Shown here in pieces: positions 54,621 to 64,000 of a stretch of DNA of 64,000 nt. The translations under genes and the position numbers were made by a program. The notes beneath the pieces are model-generated. The model saw nothing but the letters and a program-made list of their open reading frames with translations. It was not told the DNA's origin and searched no databases. Numbering within the stretch: the stretch's first letter is position 1; each line of letters starts with the position of its first letter. The stretch is from Clostridiales bacterium. Its GTDB lineage: Bacteria > Bacillota > Clostridia > Christensenellales > UBA1242. Location: assembly GCA_003522085.1 (NCBI GenBank), contig DPGI01000005.1, forward strand, positions 172,868-236,867, in the 5' to 3' direction.

Positions 54621-55939
54621 TTGATTTCTCCTTCATAACTGTTTGCATAAAAATCGGTTAATTTTACATTGTAGATTTTGCCAATTTCTATATTTCCATT
54701 ATCCACAATTTTGACATTAAAGTCAACTAATGGAGAAAGAAATTTGGCATGTCCGATGAAAAATCCGCTGTCTTCGTCATAGGCGTCGACAAGAACTGGC
54801 ACAACGTGCGAAATTTCTTCTTTAGCCTTTGAACAAGCGATTTTTTCTTGGACATTTTGAACCTTTTTAAGGCGGCGCATCTTAATAAAATTTGGAATCT
54901 GCTTTTTCATAAAATACGAAATTGTGTTTTCTTCGCGATAGTATGGGAAAAAGCCCACATAATCGAGTTTTGCCTCTTGCAAAAACTTAACAAGTTTTTT
55001 AAATGCCCTGCCCGTTTCGCCCGGATATCCGACGATGAAAGTGGAGCGAATTTTTATGTCAGGATAGTTTGTATGAATATCTGCGATGAGATTGCGTGTA
55101 AATCCTTCGTCATGTTTGCGGCGCATCGATTTTAATATCTCATTGTCGATGTGTTGAAGCGGAATGTCTATGTATTTGCACATTTTAGGTTCGTTTTCAA
55201 TAAGGTCAAGAAGTTGTTTATCGACCATTTCAGGATAGGCATAATGGATTCGAATCCACTCAATTTCTTTTATTTTGGCAAGTCTAGTGCAAAGTTCGGT
55301 TAGCATTGGTTTGCCGTAAAGGTCCGTGCCATATCTGGTTGTGTCTTGCGCGACCAAAATGAGTTCTTTCACGCCGCGTTTTGCAAGCAATTTGGCTTCG
55401 CTGACAAGGTCTTCCATCTTTTCGCTTTTATATTTGCCGCGAATACGTGGAATTGTGCAGAACGAGCAGACATTGTTGCAGCCGTCGGCTATTTTTAAAT
55501 AAGCATAGCCATTTGAAGTTGTCAAAACTCTGTCAAAACTGCTTTTTGGCTTGCTAGGTTTTACGCCATAAAGGTTTTCGATGATGTTGATTATGTTTTT
55601 GTTTTCAGAAAGTGGAACGATTGCGTCGGCTGTTGTGAACTCTTGCTTGATTTCACGCATATGGCGAGCTGGAAGACAGCCAGTGACAATCAATTTTTCG
55701 ATTCTGCCCGACTTTTTAAGATTTTCCATTTCAATTATGTTTGCAATAGATTCTTTTTTAGCAGGCAAAATAAACGCACAAGTGTTGACTATCACAATGT
55801 CAGCATCTTCAACATTTTCTATAACCTGCATTCCGTAATTTGAAAGCAAAAAAAGCATCTTTTCAAGGTCGACTCGATTTTTGTCGCAACCGAGTGATAT
55901 GGCAGATACTTTTTTTGTTTTAAGGTCTTCTTTAGTCAT
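54617..55939 (-). CDS. rimO: ribosomal protein S12 methylthiotransferase RimO
   Basis: SLGCDKN, radical SAM CNNVCSFC, and a C-terminal TRAM domain. Start at MTKEDL (GGAGAAAC RBS). Confidence 0.85.
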   Translation of the reverse strand: MTKEDLKTKKVSAISLGCDKNRVDLEKMLFLLSNYGMQVIENVEDADIVIVNTCAFILPAKKESIANIIEMENLKKSGRIEKLIVTGCLPARHMREIKQEFTTADAIVPLSENKNIINIIENLYGVKPSKPKSSFDRVLTTSNGYAYLKIADGCNNVCSFCTIPRIRGKYKSEKMEDLVSEAKLLAKRGVKELILVAQDTTRYGTDLYGKPMLTELCTRLAKIKEIEWIRIHYAYPEMVDKQLLDLIENEPKMCKYIDIPLQHIDNEILKSMRRKHDEGFTRNLIADIHTNYPDIKIRSTFIVGYPGETGRAFKKLVKFLQEAKLDYVGFFPYYREENTISYFMKKQIPNFIKMRRLKKVQNVQEKIACSKAKEEISHVVPVLVDAYDEDSGFFIGHAKFLSPLVDFNVKIVDNGNIEIGKIYNVKLTDFYANSYEGEIK

Positions 55940-55949
55940 TGTTTCTCCG

Positions 55950-58904
55950 TTATTCGTATTTGTCGCCAAATATCTGATAATACTCTTCAAGAGTTATATA
56001 AACGTTTCTTGGCTTTGCTCCGTCGGCGGCTGAAATGTAGCCCATTTCGGTCATTTGGTCGATGATTTTGCCGGCGCGTGGATAGCCGATTGAAAGACGA
56101 CGTTGAATCATTGAAGTTGACGCTTGTCCTGCATCTATACACATTTTGAGTGCTTCAGGAAGAAGTGGATCCATTCCCCCGCGTTCGTTGTCGCCACCAT
56201 TTGATGAGGTTTTTGGAGCGTTGTTGATTGCATCTTGAATGTCTTTATCAAACACTGGTTCGTTGTTGAGAGTAACATAATTTACTATGTCGGCGATTTC
56301 ACGAGTTGTTATAAAGCAACCTTGAACACGTTTTGGTGCTGCTGAATATTCTTGTGGAGCATAAAGCATATCACCATGTCCCAGCAACTTTTCGGCGCCC
56401 GGTTGTCCTAAAATTACAACTGAGTTTACATTGCTTGCAACTTTGAATGCGATGCGTGATGGGAAGTTTGCTTTGATGCCGCCTGTGACATATTCAGTTG
56501 TTGGATATTGTGTTGCCAAGATGATGTGAATACCGGCCGCTCTCGCCTTTTGTCCAAGACGAATAATTTTGTCTTCAACTTCTTTCTTGCCTTGCATGAT
56601 AAAGTCTGAAAATTCGTCGATGATGATTACGATGAAAGGCATTTTCTTTTTCTTGTAAGTCACAACGTCTGGGGTTGAGTTGTATTCATCGATGTCTCTT
56701 ACGCGCGCTTCACGAATAAGTCTGAAACGGCGCTCCATTTCGTCAACTGCCCATTGAAGCGCATTTGTCGCTTTTGTAAGATCAGAAATAACTTTTGGAA
56801 CTATAAGGTGTGGAATGCCTTCATATGGTGTAAATTCGACCTGTTTTGGGTCGATAAGCAGCAATTTGCAGTCGTCTGGCGATGATTTGTAAAGAAGTGA
56901 AATGATTATGCTGTTGAGCATTACACTCTTTCCTGAGCCAGTTGTCCCGGCGATTAAAAGGTGTGGCATTTTGTTGAGAGCACCAACCATAATTCTGCCA
57001 GTGATGTCCTTTCCTACGGCATATGTGAGTGGAGATTTTGCTGAATTGAATTCGTTTGAAATTAACACGTCTTTTAATGAAACTGTTGCGACTTTGTCGT
57101 TTGGAACTTCGATGCCGACAACGTTTCTGCCTGGAACTGGGGCTTCGATACGCACATCGCCGCCGTTTGCTTCAAGGGCAAGTGCGATGTCGCTTGAAAG
57201 GTTGAGAATCTTTTTAACGGTTACGCCGCTTGGCATTTCAAGTTCATATCTTGTAACTGCTGGGCCGATTACGACGTTTTGAACTTTTGCAGGCACGCCA
57301 AATTCTTCGAGTGTGTTTTCTAAGATTACAGTTTTTGTTTGAATGTCGTCGTCAAGGTCGCTCATGTCGGTTGAACGAGTTGTAACAAGGTCGATTGGAG
57401 GTTTTGTATAAGAATAAGGCTTGATAACCTCTGGCTTTTCTTCCTCTTCGCTGTTTGAGATGTTGTCAAAATCAACAAATTTTTTGTGGTCTGGAACGGC
57501 AAATTCGCCATCTCTAACAAGCCCACGATCGCTTTGGTTTGCTGATGTTGTGCGATCAGAGCGGTCAAAATTGTTGCGGTCATTGTCGCGCGAAAGTGCG
57601 TCACGGTCTGAGTGTGATAAATCGCGATTATCTCTGTCAAATGTCGAACGATCCGCCCCGCTTATGTCACGGTCGCTGTGACGATCAAAAGAACCACGGT
57701 CACGAGAAAAATCGCGCTCCATGCGGTCGCTCACGCGGTCTGACGAATGGTCTAACGCGCGGTCTGAATGATCAAAACTATTGTTGCGATCACGGTCGAA
57801 ATTGTTGCGATCACGGTCGAAGTCGCGGTCGCTGCCATTTTGTTTTTCTTGCGCTTTTTCAATATCTTCAGCTGATACTGAATCTGAGTGAGTGAAATTG
57901 CTCTCTTCCATAACTTCACGAATGATGTTGTCGGCTTCTGAAACAAGTTGTTCTGGCTGAGCGTCAGTGACAGCGTTTTGGCGCGAAGAATCAGAAATTA
58001 TAGGTGGAATTTCTTCTTTTTTAAGCGAATTTATGTTTCTGTCGATTTCGCTTTTTGATGGATTTGAAAGCCCATTTCTTGCATATGAGCGCGCTTCAGG
58101 TGAAAAGAATTTGCTGAAATCCGCTTGTGGTGGCGTAAGCAAATATGACTTTAATTCGTCGCCTTTAAGCGTTTTTGGATCGACTCTTTTAGGCTTTTCT
58201 TCTTCTTTTTGTGTGGTTGAAATTGGTTCAATCACTCCCCTGCGAGTAAGTCCGAGTTTTTGTCTGACTTCTTCTTCGCGTGAAAGTTTTTTCTCTATAT
58301 TGCCGCTCATAACGACGTTGACTTCTTCTTTTTGTTGAGTTTTTTCGTCGTTTTTAACTTCTTTGATTGAAAGTTTTACAGGCTCTTCGGCTGACGCTTT
58401 CTTTTTCATTGCGATGATTGCGTCGATGTAAAGAGCAAGTGATATTGCAAACAAAACTGAGAAAATAACAAAAGCCCAAACAAAATTGGTCAGATACAAA
58501 ATGCAGGTTGTAAAAAATCCGAAAACAATTCCGCCTGCTGTGTGCTTGCGAGTGTAATTTGATGCGAGATAATCGCCAAATGAACCCGATTTATTGCCCA
58601 CTATTGCAAGTTGAATGATGCAGACTAAAAAGAAAATTGTCAAATACAAAAATATCGCATATTTTTTGGACATTTTATATTTTTTGTTATTTAAAAGGGC
58701 TACACCGCCAAGCAGCATTGCCACAAACATAGGATATGCAAAATATCCAAATGCGCCAAGCAAAAAATTTTGCATAAAGCCAACCAAATTTGTCAGCAAA
58801 AAGAAAAATGCGAGGCATGAGAGTGCAATCATTGTAATTCCCACTATCTTTTTCGCATTTGAACTAACTTTTTTCTTATTTTTTCCTATCTTATATTCTG
58901 CCAT
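55950..58904 (-). CDS. ftsK: DNA translocase FtsK/SpoIIIE
   Basis: N-terminal TM helices, Asp/Arg-rich linker, motor domain GTTGSGKS, and a gamma winged helix at the C-terminus. Confidence 0.93.
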   Translation of the reverse strand: MAEYKIGKNKKKVSSNAKKIVGITMIALSCLAFFFLLTNLVGFMQNFLLGAFGYFAYPMFVAMLLGGVALLNNKKYKMSKKYAIFLYLTIFFLVCIIQLAIVGNKSGSFGDYLASNYTRKHTAGGIVFGFFTTCILYLTNFVWAFVIFSVLFAISLALYIDAIIAMKKKASAEEPVKLSIKEVKNDEKTQQKEEVNVVMSGNIEKKLSREEEVRQKLGLTRRGVIEPISTTQKEEEKPKRVDPKTLKGDELKSYLLTPPQADFSKFFSPEARSYARNGLSNPSKSEIDRNINSLKKEEIPPIISDSSRQNAVTDAQPEQLVSEADNIIREVMEESNFTHSDSVSAEDIEKAQEKQNGSDRDFDRDRNNFDRDRNNSFDHSDRALDHSSDRVSDRMERDFSRDRGSFDRHSDRDISGADRSTFDRDNRDLSHSDRDALSRDNDRNNFDRSDRTTSANQSDRGLVRDGEFAVPDHKKFVDFDNISNSEEEEKPEVIKPYSYTKPPIDLVTTRSTDMSDLDDDIQTKTVILENTLEEFGVPAKVQNVVIGPAVTRYELEMPSGVTVKKILNLSSDIALALEANGGDVRIEAPVPGRNVVGIEVPNDKVATVSLKDVLISNEFNSAKSPLTYAVGKDITGRIMVGALNKMPHLLIAGTTGSGKSVMLNSIIISLLYKSSPDDCKLLLIDPKQVEFTPYEGIPHLIVPKVISDLTKATNALQWAVDEMERRFRLIREARVRDIDEYNSTPDVVTYKKKKMPFIVIIIDEFSDFIMQGKKEVEDKIIRLGQKARAAGIHIILATQYPTTEYVTGGIKANFPSRIAFKVASNVNSVVILGQPGAEKLLGHGDMLYAPQEYSAAPKRVQGCFITTREIADIVNYVTLNNEPVFDKDIQDAINNAPKTSSNGGDNERGGMDPLLPEALKMCIDAGQASTSMIQRRLSIGYPRAGKIIDQMTEMGYISAADGAKPRNVYITLEEYYQIFGDKYE

Positions 58905-58910
58905 GTTATG

Positions 58911-58940
58911 ATTATATCATAAATGAGAATATAATTGCAA
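58911..58940 (-). promoter_or_regulatory. promoter placing TSS on the ftsK ATG (leaderless)
   Basis: TTGCAA-18-TGaTATAAT, then 6 nt, then ATG. Confidence 0.55.
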
Positions 58941-58974
58941 ACAAAACTTTATTCGCAAACGAAAATTTACGCGA

Positions 58975-58996
58975 AAAAAGCGATTAAAAATCGCCT
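58975..58996. terminator. terminator after deacetylase gene
   Basis: GCGATT-AAA-AATCGC with T-runs on both strands. Confidence 0.6.
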
Positions 58997-59011
58997 TTTT
59001 TGTTTTTTTAT

Positions 59012-59746
59012 TTATGCAACTGTTGAAATATTTTCTGAAACTGTGACAAGTTCAAATCCAAGTGATTGCAATTTGTCGATAATTCTTCCAAGCGCTTTGG
59101 CTGTGCATGCCGTCGGATGCATCAGAATAAGGTCGCCACCTTTAGCATTGTTTACAGCGCGATTATAAATTGTTTCTTCGTCTTGATCGCGCCAGTCGAT
59201 TGTGTCACGTGTCCACATAATAGTTTTGTAGCCAAGTTCTTTTGCACATTCGACAGTTTGTGCGTTGTAGGCGCCACTTGGTGGAGCAAACAGCGTCATA
59301 TCCTTGCCTATCGTGCTTTTTACGAGATTGTGTGTTGTTGAAATTTCTTTTTTAGAACTTTCTTTTGTCAACTTGTCGTGGTCTTTATGAGAATATGCGT
59401 GATTGCCAATTTCGTGGCCATTTTCAGCCATTTTTACAAGCAATTCGCCGTTGTCGGCAACCCATGTGCCGCCCACAAAGAATGTGGCTTTTGCATTTTT
59501 TGATTCGAGGCAGTCAAGCATGTCGCCAAGATATTCTGTCCCCCAATAGACATTGATCATCAAACTGATTTTTTTAGAGTTAGTGTCACCCTGATAGATT
59601 GCTCCTTGCTGCGCTGATGCAGGCTCGGCATCGGATTTTGAAAAATTGACGCCAAAGATGACTGCCAGCCCGACAATCACGACAAGCGCGAATATGCAAA
59701 GATTTACAACGTATTTTTTGAAGATAAAAACATTTAACTTTTTCAT
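59012..59746 (-). CDS. polysaccharide deacetylase (NodB domain; YlxY/PdaB-like)
   Basis: Signal/TM helix, then NodB motifs FFVGGTW and HEIGNHAYSH. Position after pnp matches Bacillus ylxY. Confidence 0.75.
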   Translation of the reverse strand: MKKLNVFIFKKYVVNLCIFALVVIVGLAVIFGVNFSKSDAEPASAQQGAIYQGDTNSKKISLMINVYWGTEYLGDMLDCLESKNAKATFFVGGTWVADNGELLVKMAENGHEIGNHAYSHKDHDKLTKESSKKEISTTHNLVKSTIGKDMTLFAPPSGAYNAQTVECAKELGYKTIMWTRDTIDWRDQDEETIYNRAVNNAKGGDLILMHPTACTAKALGRIIDKLQSLGFELVTVSENISTVA

Positions 59747-59854
59747 ACTAATTATTTATGCCGCAATCAAAACGAATAGAACATAAAAGCGAAGTTTTTA
59801 ACAATTTTTAAACTTATTTTTTTGATTTTTATTTTATAAGCACACATGCGCAAC

Positions 59855-59877
59855 AAAAAAACTCCCGATGTGGGAGT
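59855..59877 (-). terminator. rho-independent terminator after pnp
   Basis: ACTCCC-ACATC-GGGAGT followed by a T-run. Confidence 0.75.
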
Positions 59878-59895
59878 TTTTTCTTTTACACGGAT

Positions 59896-61989
59896 TTATT
59901 TCAACTTTTTAATAAGTTTCATGTCTACACGGCCTTTTTCGTCGATTTTAATTACTTCAACTTCGACTTCGTCGCCGATTTTTACTACGTCTTCAACCTT
60001 TTCAACACGTTTTGATGAAAGTTTTGAAATGTGGATCATTCCTTCTTTTCCACCGCCAACTTCAACAAAAGCACCGAATGTCATAATTCTAGTAACTGTT
60101 CCTTGATATGTTTTTCCTACTTCAAGGTCTTCTGCTATTGCAAGAACCATTTCTTTTGCTTTTTGAGCGTTTGCTGCATCTTCGCAAGCGATGAATACTT
60201 TCCCGTCGTCTTCAATGTCAATCTTAACGCCTGTTTCATCAATAATCTTGTTGATTGTTTTTCCGCCTGATCCGATTACGTCTTTGATTTTTTCTGGGTC
60301 AATAGCGAATGTGATGATTTTTGGAGCGTATTTTGAAAGTTCTTTTCTTGGCTCAGGAATGCATTCAAGAAGTTTGTTCATGATAAACATTCTGCCTTCA
60401 CGTGCTTGTTTGAGAGCAGTTGTAAGGATTGTTTTGTCAATTCCTTTGATTTTGATGTCCATTTGGATTGCTGTAACACCCTTTTCTGTTCCTGTAACTT
60501 TGAAGTCCATGTCGCCAAGGAAGTCTTCAAGGCCTTGGATGTCAGAAAGAACTGCTACGCGGTGTGATTCTTCATCTTTAATAAGTCCCATTGCGATTCC
60601 GGCAACTGGAGATGAGATTGGAACGCCGCCTGCCATAAGTGCAAGTGTTGATCCGCAAACTGATGCCATTGATGATGATCCGTTTGATGATGTAACTTCA
60701 CTTACAAGACGAAGTGCATATGGGAATTCTTCTTCTGATGGGATAACAGGTTCAAGCGCTCTTTCAGCAAGTGCTCCGTGGCCGATTTCACGTCTGCCTG
60801 GAGTTTTTAAAGGTTTTGCTTCGCCTGTTGCATATCCTGGCATGTTGTAATGGTGAACATATCTGTTTACTTCTTCGTCATCGCTTACGCCTTCAAGTTT
60901 TTGCATATCAGAAACTGTGCCAAGTGTGAGTGATGTGAGAACTTGTGTTTGTCCTCTTGTGAACACTGCTGAGCCGTGAACACGTGGAAGAATGTCAGTT
61001 TCGCACCAGATAGGTCTGATTTCAGTGAGTTTTCTGCCGTCTGGACGAACGCCTTTGTCTAAGATTTTTGCTCTAACCTTTTCTTTTGTCATTTTGTAGA
61101 GAACGTCGCCGATGAATTTTTCACTGTCTGGGAAGATTTCAGCAAAATGTGCTTTAACGTCTTTGTCAACTTCTTCTTGACGGTTTTGTCTTGTCTCACG
61201 GTCGAATGTGTCGAGAGCGTGGTCTAAGAGTTTGTCAGCATATGCTCTAACTGCTGCGTTGATTTCGTCTGGAACAATTTCGTATGGAAGATCTGGGCAA
61301 ACTGGTTTGCCAATTTCTTTTTTAACCTTTTTGATAAACTTAACGATTTTTTTGATTTCGTCGTGTGCAAACATGATTGCATCAAGCATGGTTTCTTCTG
61401 GGATTTCTTGTGCCCCTGCTTCAACCATTAAAACTGCTTCGTCTGTTCCGCTGACTGTAAGAGCAAGTTTTGATACTTCACGTTCTGCTTGTGTTGGGTT
61501 GAGAACAAACTTTCCGTTTACAAGTCCAACTTGAACAGATCCTGTTGGGCCTTGGAATGGAATGTCTGAAATTGAAAGTGCAAAGCTTGAACCAAGCATT
61601 GCAAGAACTTCAGGCGCATGGTCTGGTTCTACTGAAAGTGCCGTCGCAACAACTGTTACGTCATTGAAAAAGCCTTTTGGGAAAAGTGGACGAAGTGGAC
61701 GGTCAATCAAACGTGATGTTAAGATTGCTTTGTCTGATGGTCTGCCTTCTCTCTTTTTAAATCCGCCTGGGATTTTACCCACTGCATACATTTTTTCTTC
61801 ATAATCGACTGAAAGTGGGAAGAAGTCGATTCCTGGTCGTGGCAATTTTGACATTGTAGCGTTGACCATAACCACTGTTTCGCCGCAACGAACAAGACAT
61901 GAGCCGTTTGCTTGTTCGCAAAGAGCGCCAGTTTCAAAAACTACTTTGTCTCTGCCAATTTTAAGTTCGAATTGTTTTCCGTGTGTCAT
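59896..61989 (-). CDS. pnp: polyribonucleotide nucleotidyltransferase
   Basis: Two RNase PH domains, a KH domain and an S1 domain. 697 aa. Confidence 0.98.
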   Translation of the reverse strand: MTHGKQFELKIGRDKVVFETGALCEQANGSCLVRCGETVVMVNATMSKLPRPGIDFFPLSVDYEEKMYAVGKIPGGFKKREGRPSDKAILTSRLIDRPLRPLFPKGFFNDVTVVATALSVEPDHAPEVLAMLGSSFALSISDIPFQGPTGSVQVGLVNGKFVLNPTQAEREVSKLALTVSGTDEAVLMVEAGAQEIPEETMLDAIMFAHDEIKKIVKFIKKVKKEIGKPVCPDLPYEIVPDEINAAVRAYADKLLDHALDTFDRETRQNRQEEVDKDVKAHFAEIFPDSEKFIGDVLYKMTKEKVRAKILDKGVRPDGRKLTEIRPIWCETDILPRVHGSAVFTRGQTQVLTSLTLGTVSDMQKLEGVSDDEEVNRYVHHYNMPGYATGEAKPLKTPGRREIGHGALAERALEPVIPSEEEFPYALRLVSEVTSSNGSSSMASVCGSTLALMAGGVPISSPVAGIAMGLIKDEESHRVAVLSDIQGLEDFLGDMDFKVTGTEKGVTAIQMDIKIKGIDKTILTTALKQAREGRMFIMNKLLECIPEPRKELSKYAPKIITFAIDPEKIKDVIGSGGKTINKIIDETGVKIDIEDDGKVFIACEDAANAQKAKEMVLAIAEDLEVGKTYQGTVTRIMTFGAFVEVGGGKEGMIHISKLSSKRVEKVEDVVKIGDEVEVEVIKIDEKGRVDMKLIKKLK

Positions 61990-62074
61990 TTTTTATTCTC
62001 CTAATTATTTTTTTCTTGCAAAATTCTTAAAAAAAGGGAGCAAAAAAACATTGCATCCCTTCCCTTATTAAATT

Positions 62075-62344
62075 TTACTTAACATCTCTGATTCCCAAAG
62101 ATTTAATGAGCGCTCTGTAAGCTTCGATGTCTTTTTCTTTTAAGTAAAGAAGAAAACCTTTTCTCTTACCAACCATTTGAAGAAGACCTCTTCTTGAGTG
62201 ATTATCTTTGTGATTTGACTTTAAGTGTTCGGTCAAGTGATTGATTCTTTCTGTCAAAAGAGCAACTTGAACTTGAACTGAGCCAGTATCTTTTTCAGAT
62301 TGTTTATACTCATTGATGATTGTTTGTTTCTTTTCTGCGTCCAT
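62075..62344 (-). CDS. rpsO: 30S ribosomal protein S15
   Basis: Starts at [35 protein letters not shown] follows. GGAGGT RBS. The track ORF N-terminal extension was rejected. Confidence 0.95.
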   Translation of the reverse strand: MDAEKKQTIINEYKQSEKDTGSVQVQVALLTERINHLTEHLKSNHKDNHSRRGLLQMVGKRKGFLLYLKEKDIEAYRALIKSLGIRDVK

Positions 62345-62475
62345 GATTTTACCTCCATTTAGTTTTTCTGTCACCTTTAGCGAAGCCAGCGTCAGAGGTT
62401 TGTCGCTTTGACTGCGCCGAAAGGTCATATCGACTTTGTTAATATATCACATCAATTAAAAATTGTAAAGTGATT

Positions 62476-63864
62476 TTATACTTTTTCAAAAAGTTTTTCT
62501 TTACGCGCTATCATTTCATCTACTCGCGCTATGTAATCTGGCAAAAACTTTACGTTTGGTTCGCGCTCGATGCGGTTTTCGATTGAAAAGACGCGTTTTG
62601 AAATGGCATTTGCTCCAACCGCGATGATTGACGAGGTTTCTTCCATCGAATCGACATTGAATTGACAAATGTCGTTGTCGCGATAGAATCCCACATTCTC
62701 AAGCCCACCAAGTTGATGTTTTTGGCGATAGAGATAATACGGCTTATAACCCGCTTCCATAACCTTGTTTTCAGACTCCGTCAAAATTTTTGCAAGGTTT
62801 TTAAAGCCAAGTTCGGGCTTTTCGTCTTTAAAGACCGAGCCGTTTTTGACCGACAAAGTGTGAATTGTAATGTTGTTTGGACAAAGTTCTAGCAGCGTTT
62901 GAATTGTTTTTTTGATTGCTGCCGCTTTTTCTCCCGGAAGGCCTATGATTATATCCATGTTGACTTTAAAGCCCATTTCAATCGCAAGCGCATAGGCGTT
63001 TAAAATGTCTTGTTTTTTGTGTGCTCTGCCGATGCGTTTTAATGTTGCATCAGAAAATGTTTGCGGATTGATGCATATGCGATTTACGCCGTATTTTTCA
63101 AGCACTAAAAGTTTTTCGCGAGTGATTGTTTCAGGTCTGCCGCACTCAACTGTAAACTCACTGACTTTAAACGAAAGTTCTTTCAAAATCATTTCAAGTT
63201 CGTCCGCTTCAAGCACGGTTGGTGTGCCTCCGCCTATGTAGATGTTTCTGACGATAAGCGCTTTTTCAATCATCATCTTTTTCATTGCACGGATTTCTTT
63301 TATAAGCGCTTGCAAATAATCGGGCATTATCTTTTCAACCGCCCTGCGCTCACTTGAAATAAACGAGCAATATGCGCATCGTGATGGGCACACTGGTATA
63401 TTTACATAAAAGTCGACAAGATGGTCGTTTTTGATTATTCCCTTTTGATTTTTAATTATCTTTGACGCCAGAACCGCTTTATCATGAGAAATTAAAAATT
63501 CATGTTCCAAAAACTCGGTGGTGGCATATTCGCTTATCTCACCGCTTTCTACTGCCTCGCGTGCCAAGGCTGTTGGGCGAATGCCTGTAAAACTCCCCCA
63601 TGGCAAAACTATATTTTCACGTTTTGAAAGAGTTTTATAAAGTGACAACAGTGCATAGCGCTTTCTAAGGCTTTTTTGTTTGAGCGCGCTGCCCGTTGGC
63701 ATATCGTATTGATATTCATCCACCTTGCCGTCTATCGTGATGATGTTGTAAAGTTTTCCCGCAAACATTTGCTCGTGATAAATCTCTGGCATGTCGTTTT
63801 CATAAAACATGTCACAAAGATCTATAAGTTCTTTTTCAAATTCTTTTGCATTGGTATGAAGCAT
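62476..63864 (-). CDS. radical SAM coproporphyrinogen-dehydrogenase-like protein (HemZ/HemN family)
   Basis: CPSRCAYCSF cluster and GGGTP motif. 462 aa. Confidence 0.7.
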   Translation of the reverse strand: MLHTNAKEFEKELIDLCDMFYENDMPEIYHEQMFAGKLYNIITIDGKVDEYQYDMPTGSALKQKSLRKRYALLSLYKTLSKRENIVLPWGSFTGIRPTALAREAVESGEISEYATTEFLEHEFLISHDKAVLASKIIKNQKGIIKNDHLVDFYVNIPVCPSRCAYCSFISSERRAVEKIMPDYLQALIKEIRAMKKMMIEKALIVRNIYIGGGTPTVLEADELEMILKELSFKVSEFTVECGRPETITREKLLVLEKYGVNRICINPQTFSDATLKRIGRAHKKQDILNAYALAIEMGFKVNMDIIIGLPGEKAAAIKKTIQTLLELCPNNITIHTLSVKNGSVFKDEKPELGFKNLAKILTESENKVMEAGYKPYYLYRQKHQLGGLENVGFYRDNDICQFNVDSMEETSSIIAVGANAISKRVFSIENRIEREPNVKFLPDYIARVDEMIARKEKLFEKV

Positions 63865-64000
63865 TCAGTTTACCCTGTATACCTTTTTTACGCCCTTTAT
63901 TTGCGAGATGGTTGATACTATCTTGTCTATTTCGGCTTTATTCTTTACAAACAGTGCGATGCGGCATTCGATGTCATATGGATTTTCTTTTATTTCAAAT
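63865..64000 (-). CDS. C-terminal fragment, probably ACT domain of a RelA/SpoT-family (p)ppGpp synthetase
   Basis: Reads FEIKENPYDIECRIALFVKNKAEIDKIVSTISQIKGVKKVYRVN then stop. The TGA abuts the next ATG. The assignment rests on the typical C-terminal pattern only. Confidence 0.4.
   Translation of the reverse strand, partial: FEIKENPYDIECRIALFVKNKAEIDKIVSTISQIKGVKKVYRVN

Noticed and set aside
62345-62428. N-terminal extension of rpsO in the ORF track. Similar extensions occur for ruvX (to 4987), rnc (to 19988), rimO (to 55990), miaB (to 50404), the 27995 gene (to 29275) and the 35732 ORF.
   Set aside because: In each case an internal ATG preceded by a good RBS or promoter gives the canonical N-terminus and removes overlaps with neighbouring genes. 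The 62345..62428 segment may instead be an S15 autoregulatory leader, but I could not support a specific fold.

Overview
This is a low-GC chromosomal core segment from a spore-forming Firmicute that looks Clostridia-like. It carries a type-A RNase P RNA, sigK, a spoIVFB-like protease, spoIIM-like and ytxC-like genes, and sigma-E and sigma-G type promoters. About 62 protein genes are present and all but four lie on the minus strand. They are mostly housekeeping genes: yajC, thrS with a T-box leader, ruvX, polA, rarA, ftsY, smc, rnc, plsX, rpmF, ackA-pta, rnhA, metG, mnmA, scpAB, miaA, mutSL, miaB, a class A PBP, recA, pgsA, rimO, ftsK, pnp and rpsO. RNA genes are rnpB and one tRNA-Ser(GGA). No IS element, prophage, CRISPR array or recognisable defence island is visible. 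The most unusual content is non-coding. A modular GC-rich repeat family occurs at two loci: 14260-14763, just upstream of sigK, and 26228-26828, in the 3' region of a DUF4364-like gene. It has three parts: a perfectly conserved 20-mer, a ~225-nt GC-rich unit present in 1 or 2 tandem copies, and an array of 9 or 5 short hairpins. The hairpin stems co-vary while the 6-nt linker ATGATR stays fixed, with a period of about 21 nt. I could not match it to any RNA or repeat class I know. Secondary observations: a tRNA-Ser sits 20 nt upstream of metG behind an 18-nt duplicated tRNA 5' end. A recurrent promoter architecture implies leaderless mRNAs for at least five genes. PgsA is fused to an FtsK-gamma-like winged helix. 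There is a diadenylate-cyclase-like protein without the RHR motif, and an E2/CAT-like acyltransferase without the catalytic His. The spoIVFB-like gene is followed by two unknown genes. All functional calls come from reading the translations and motifs by eye; no database search was run.
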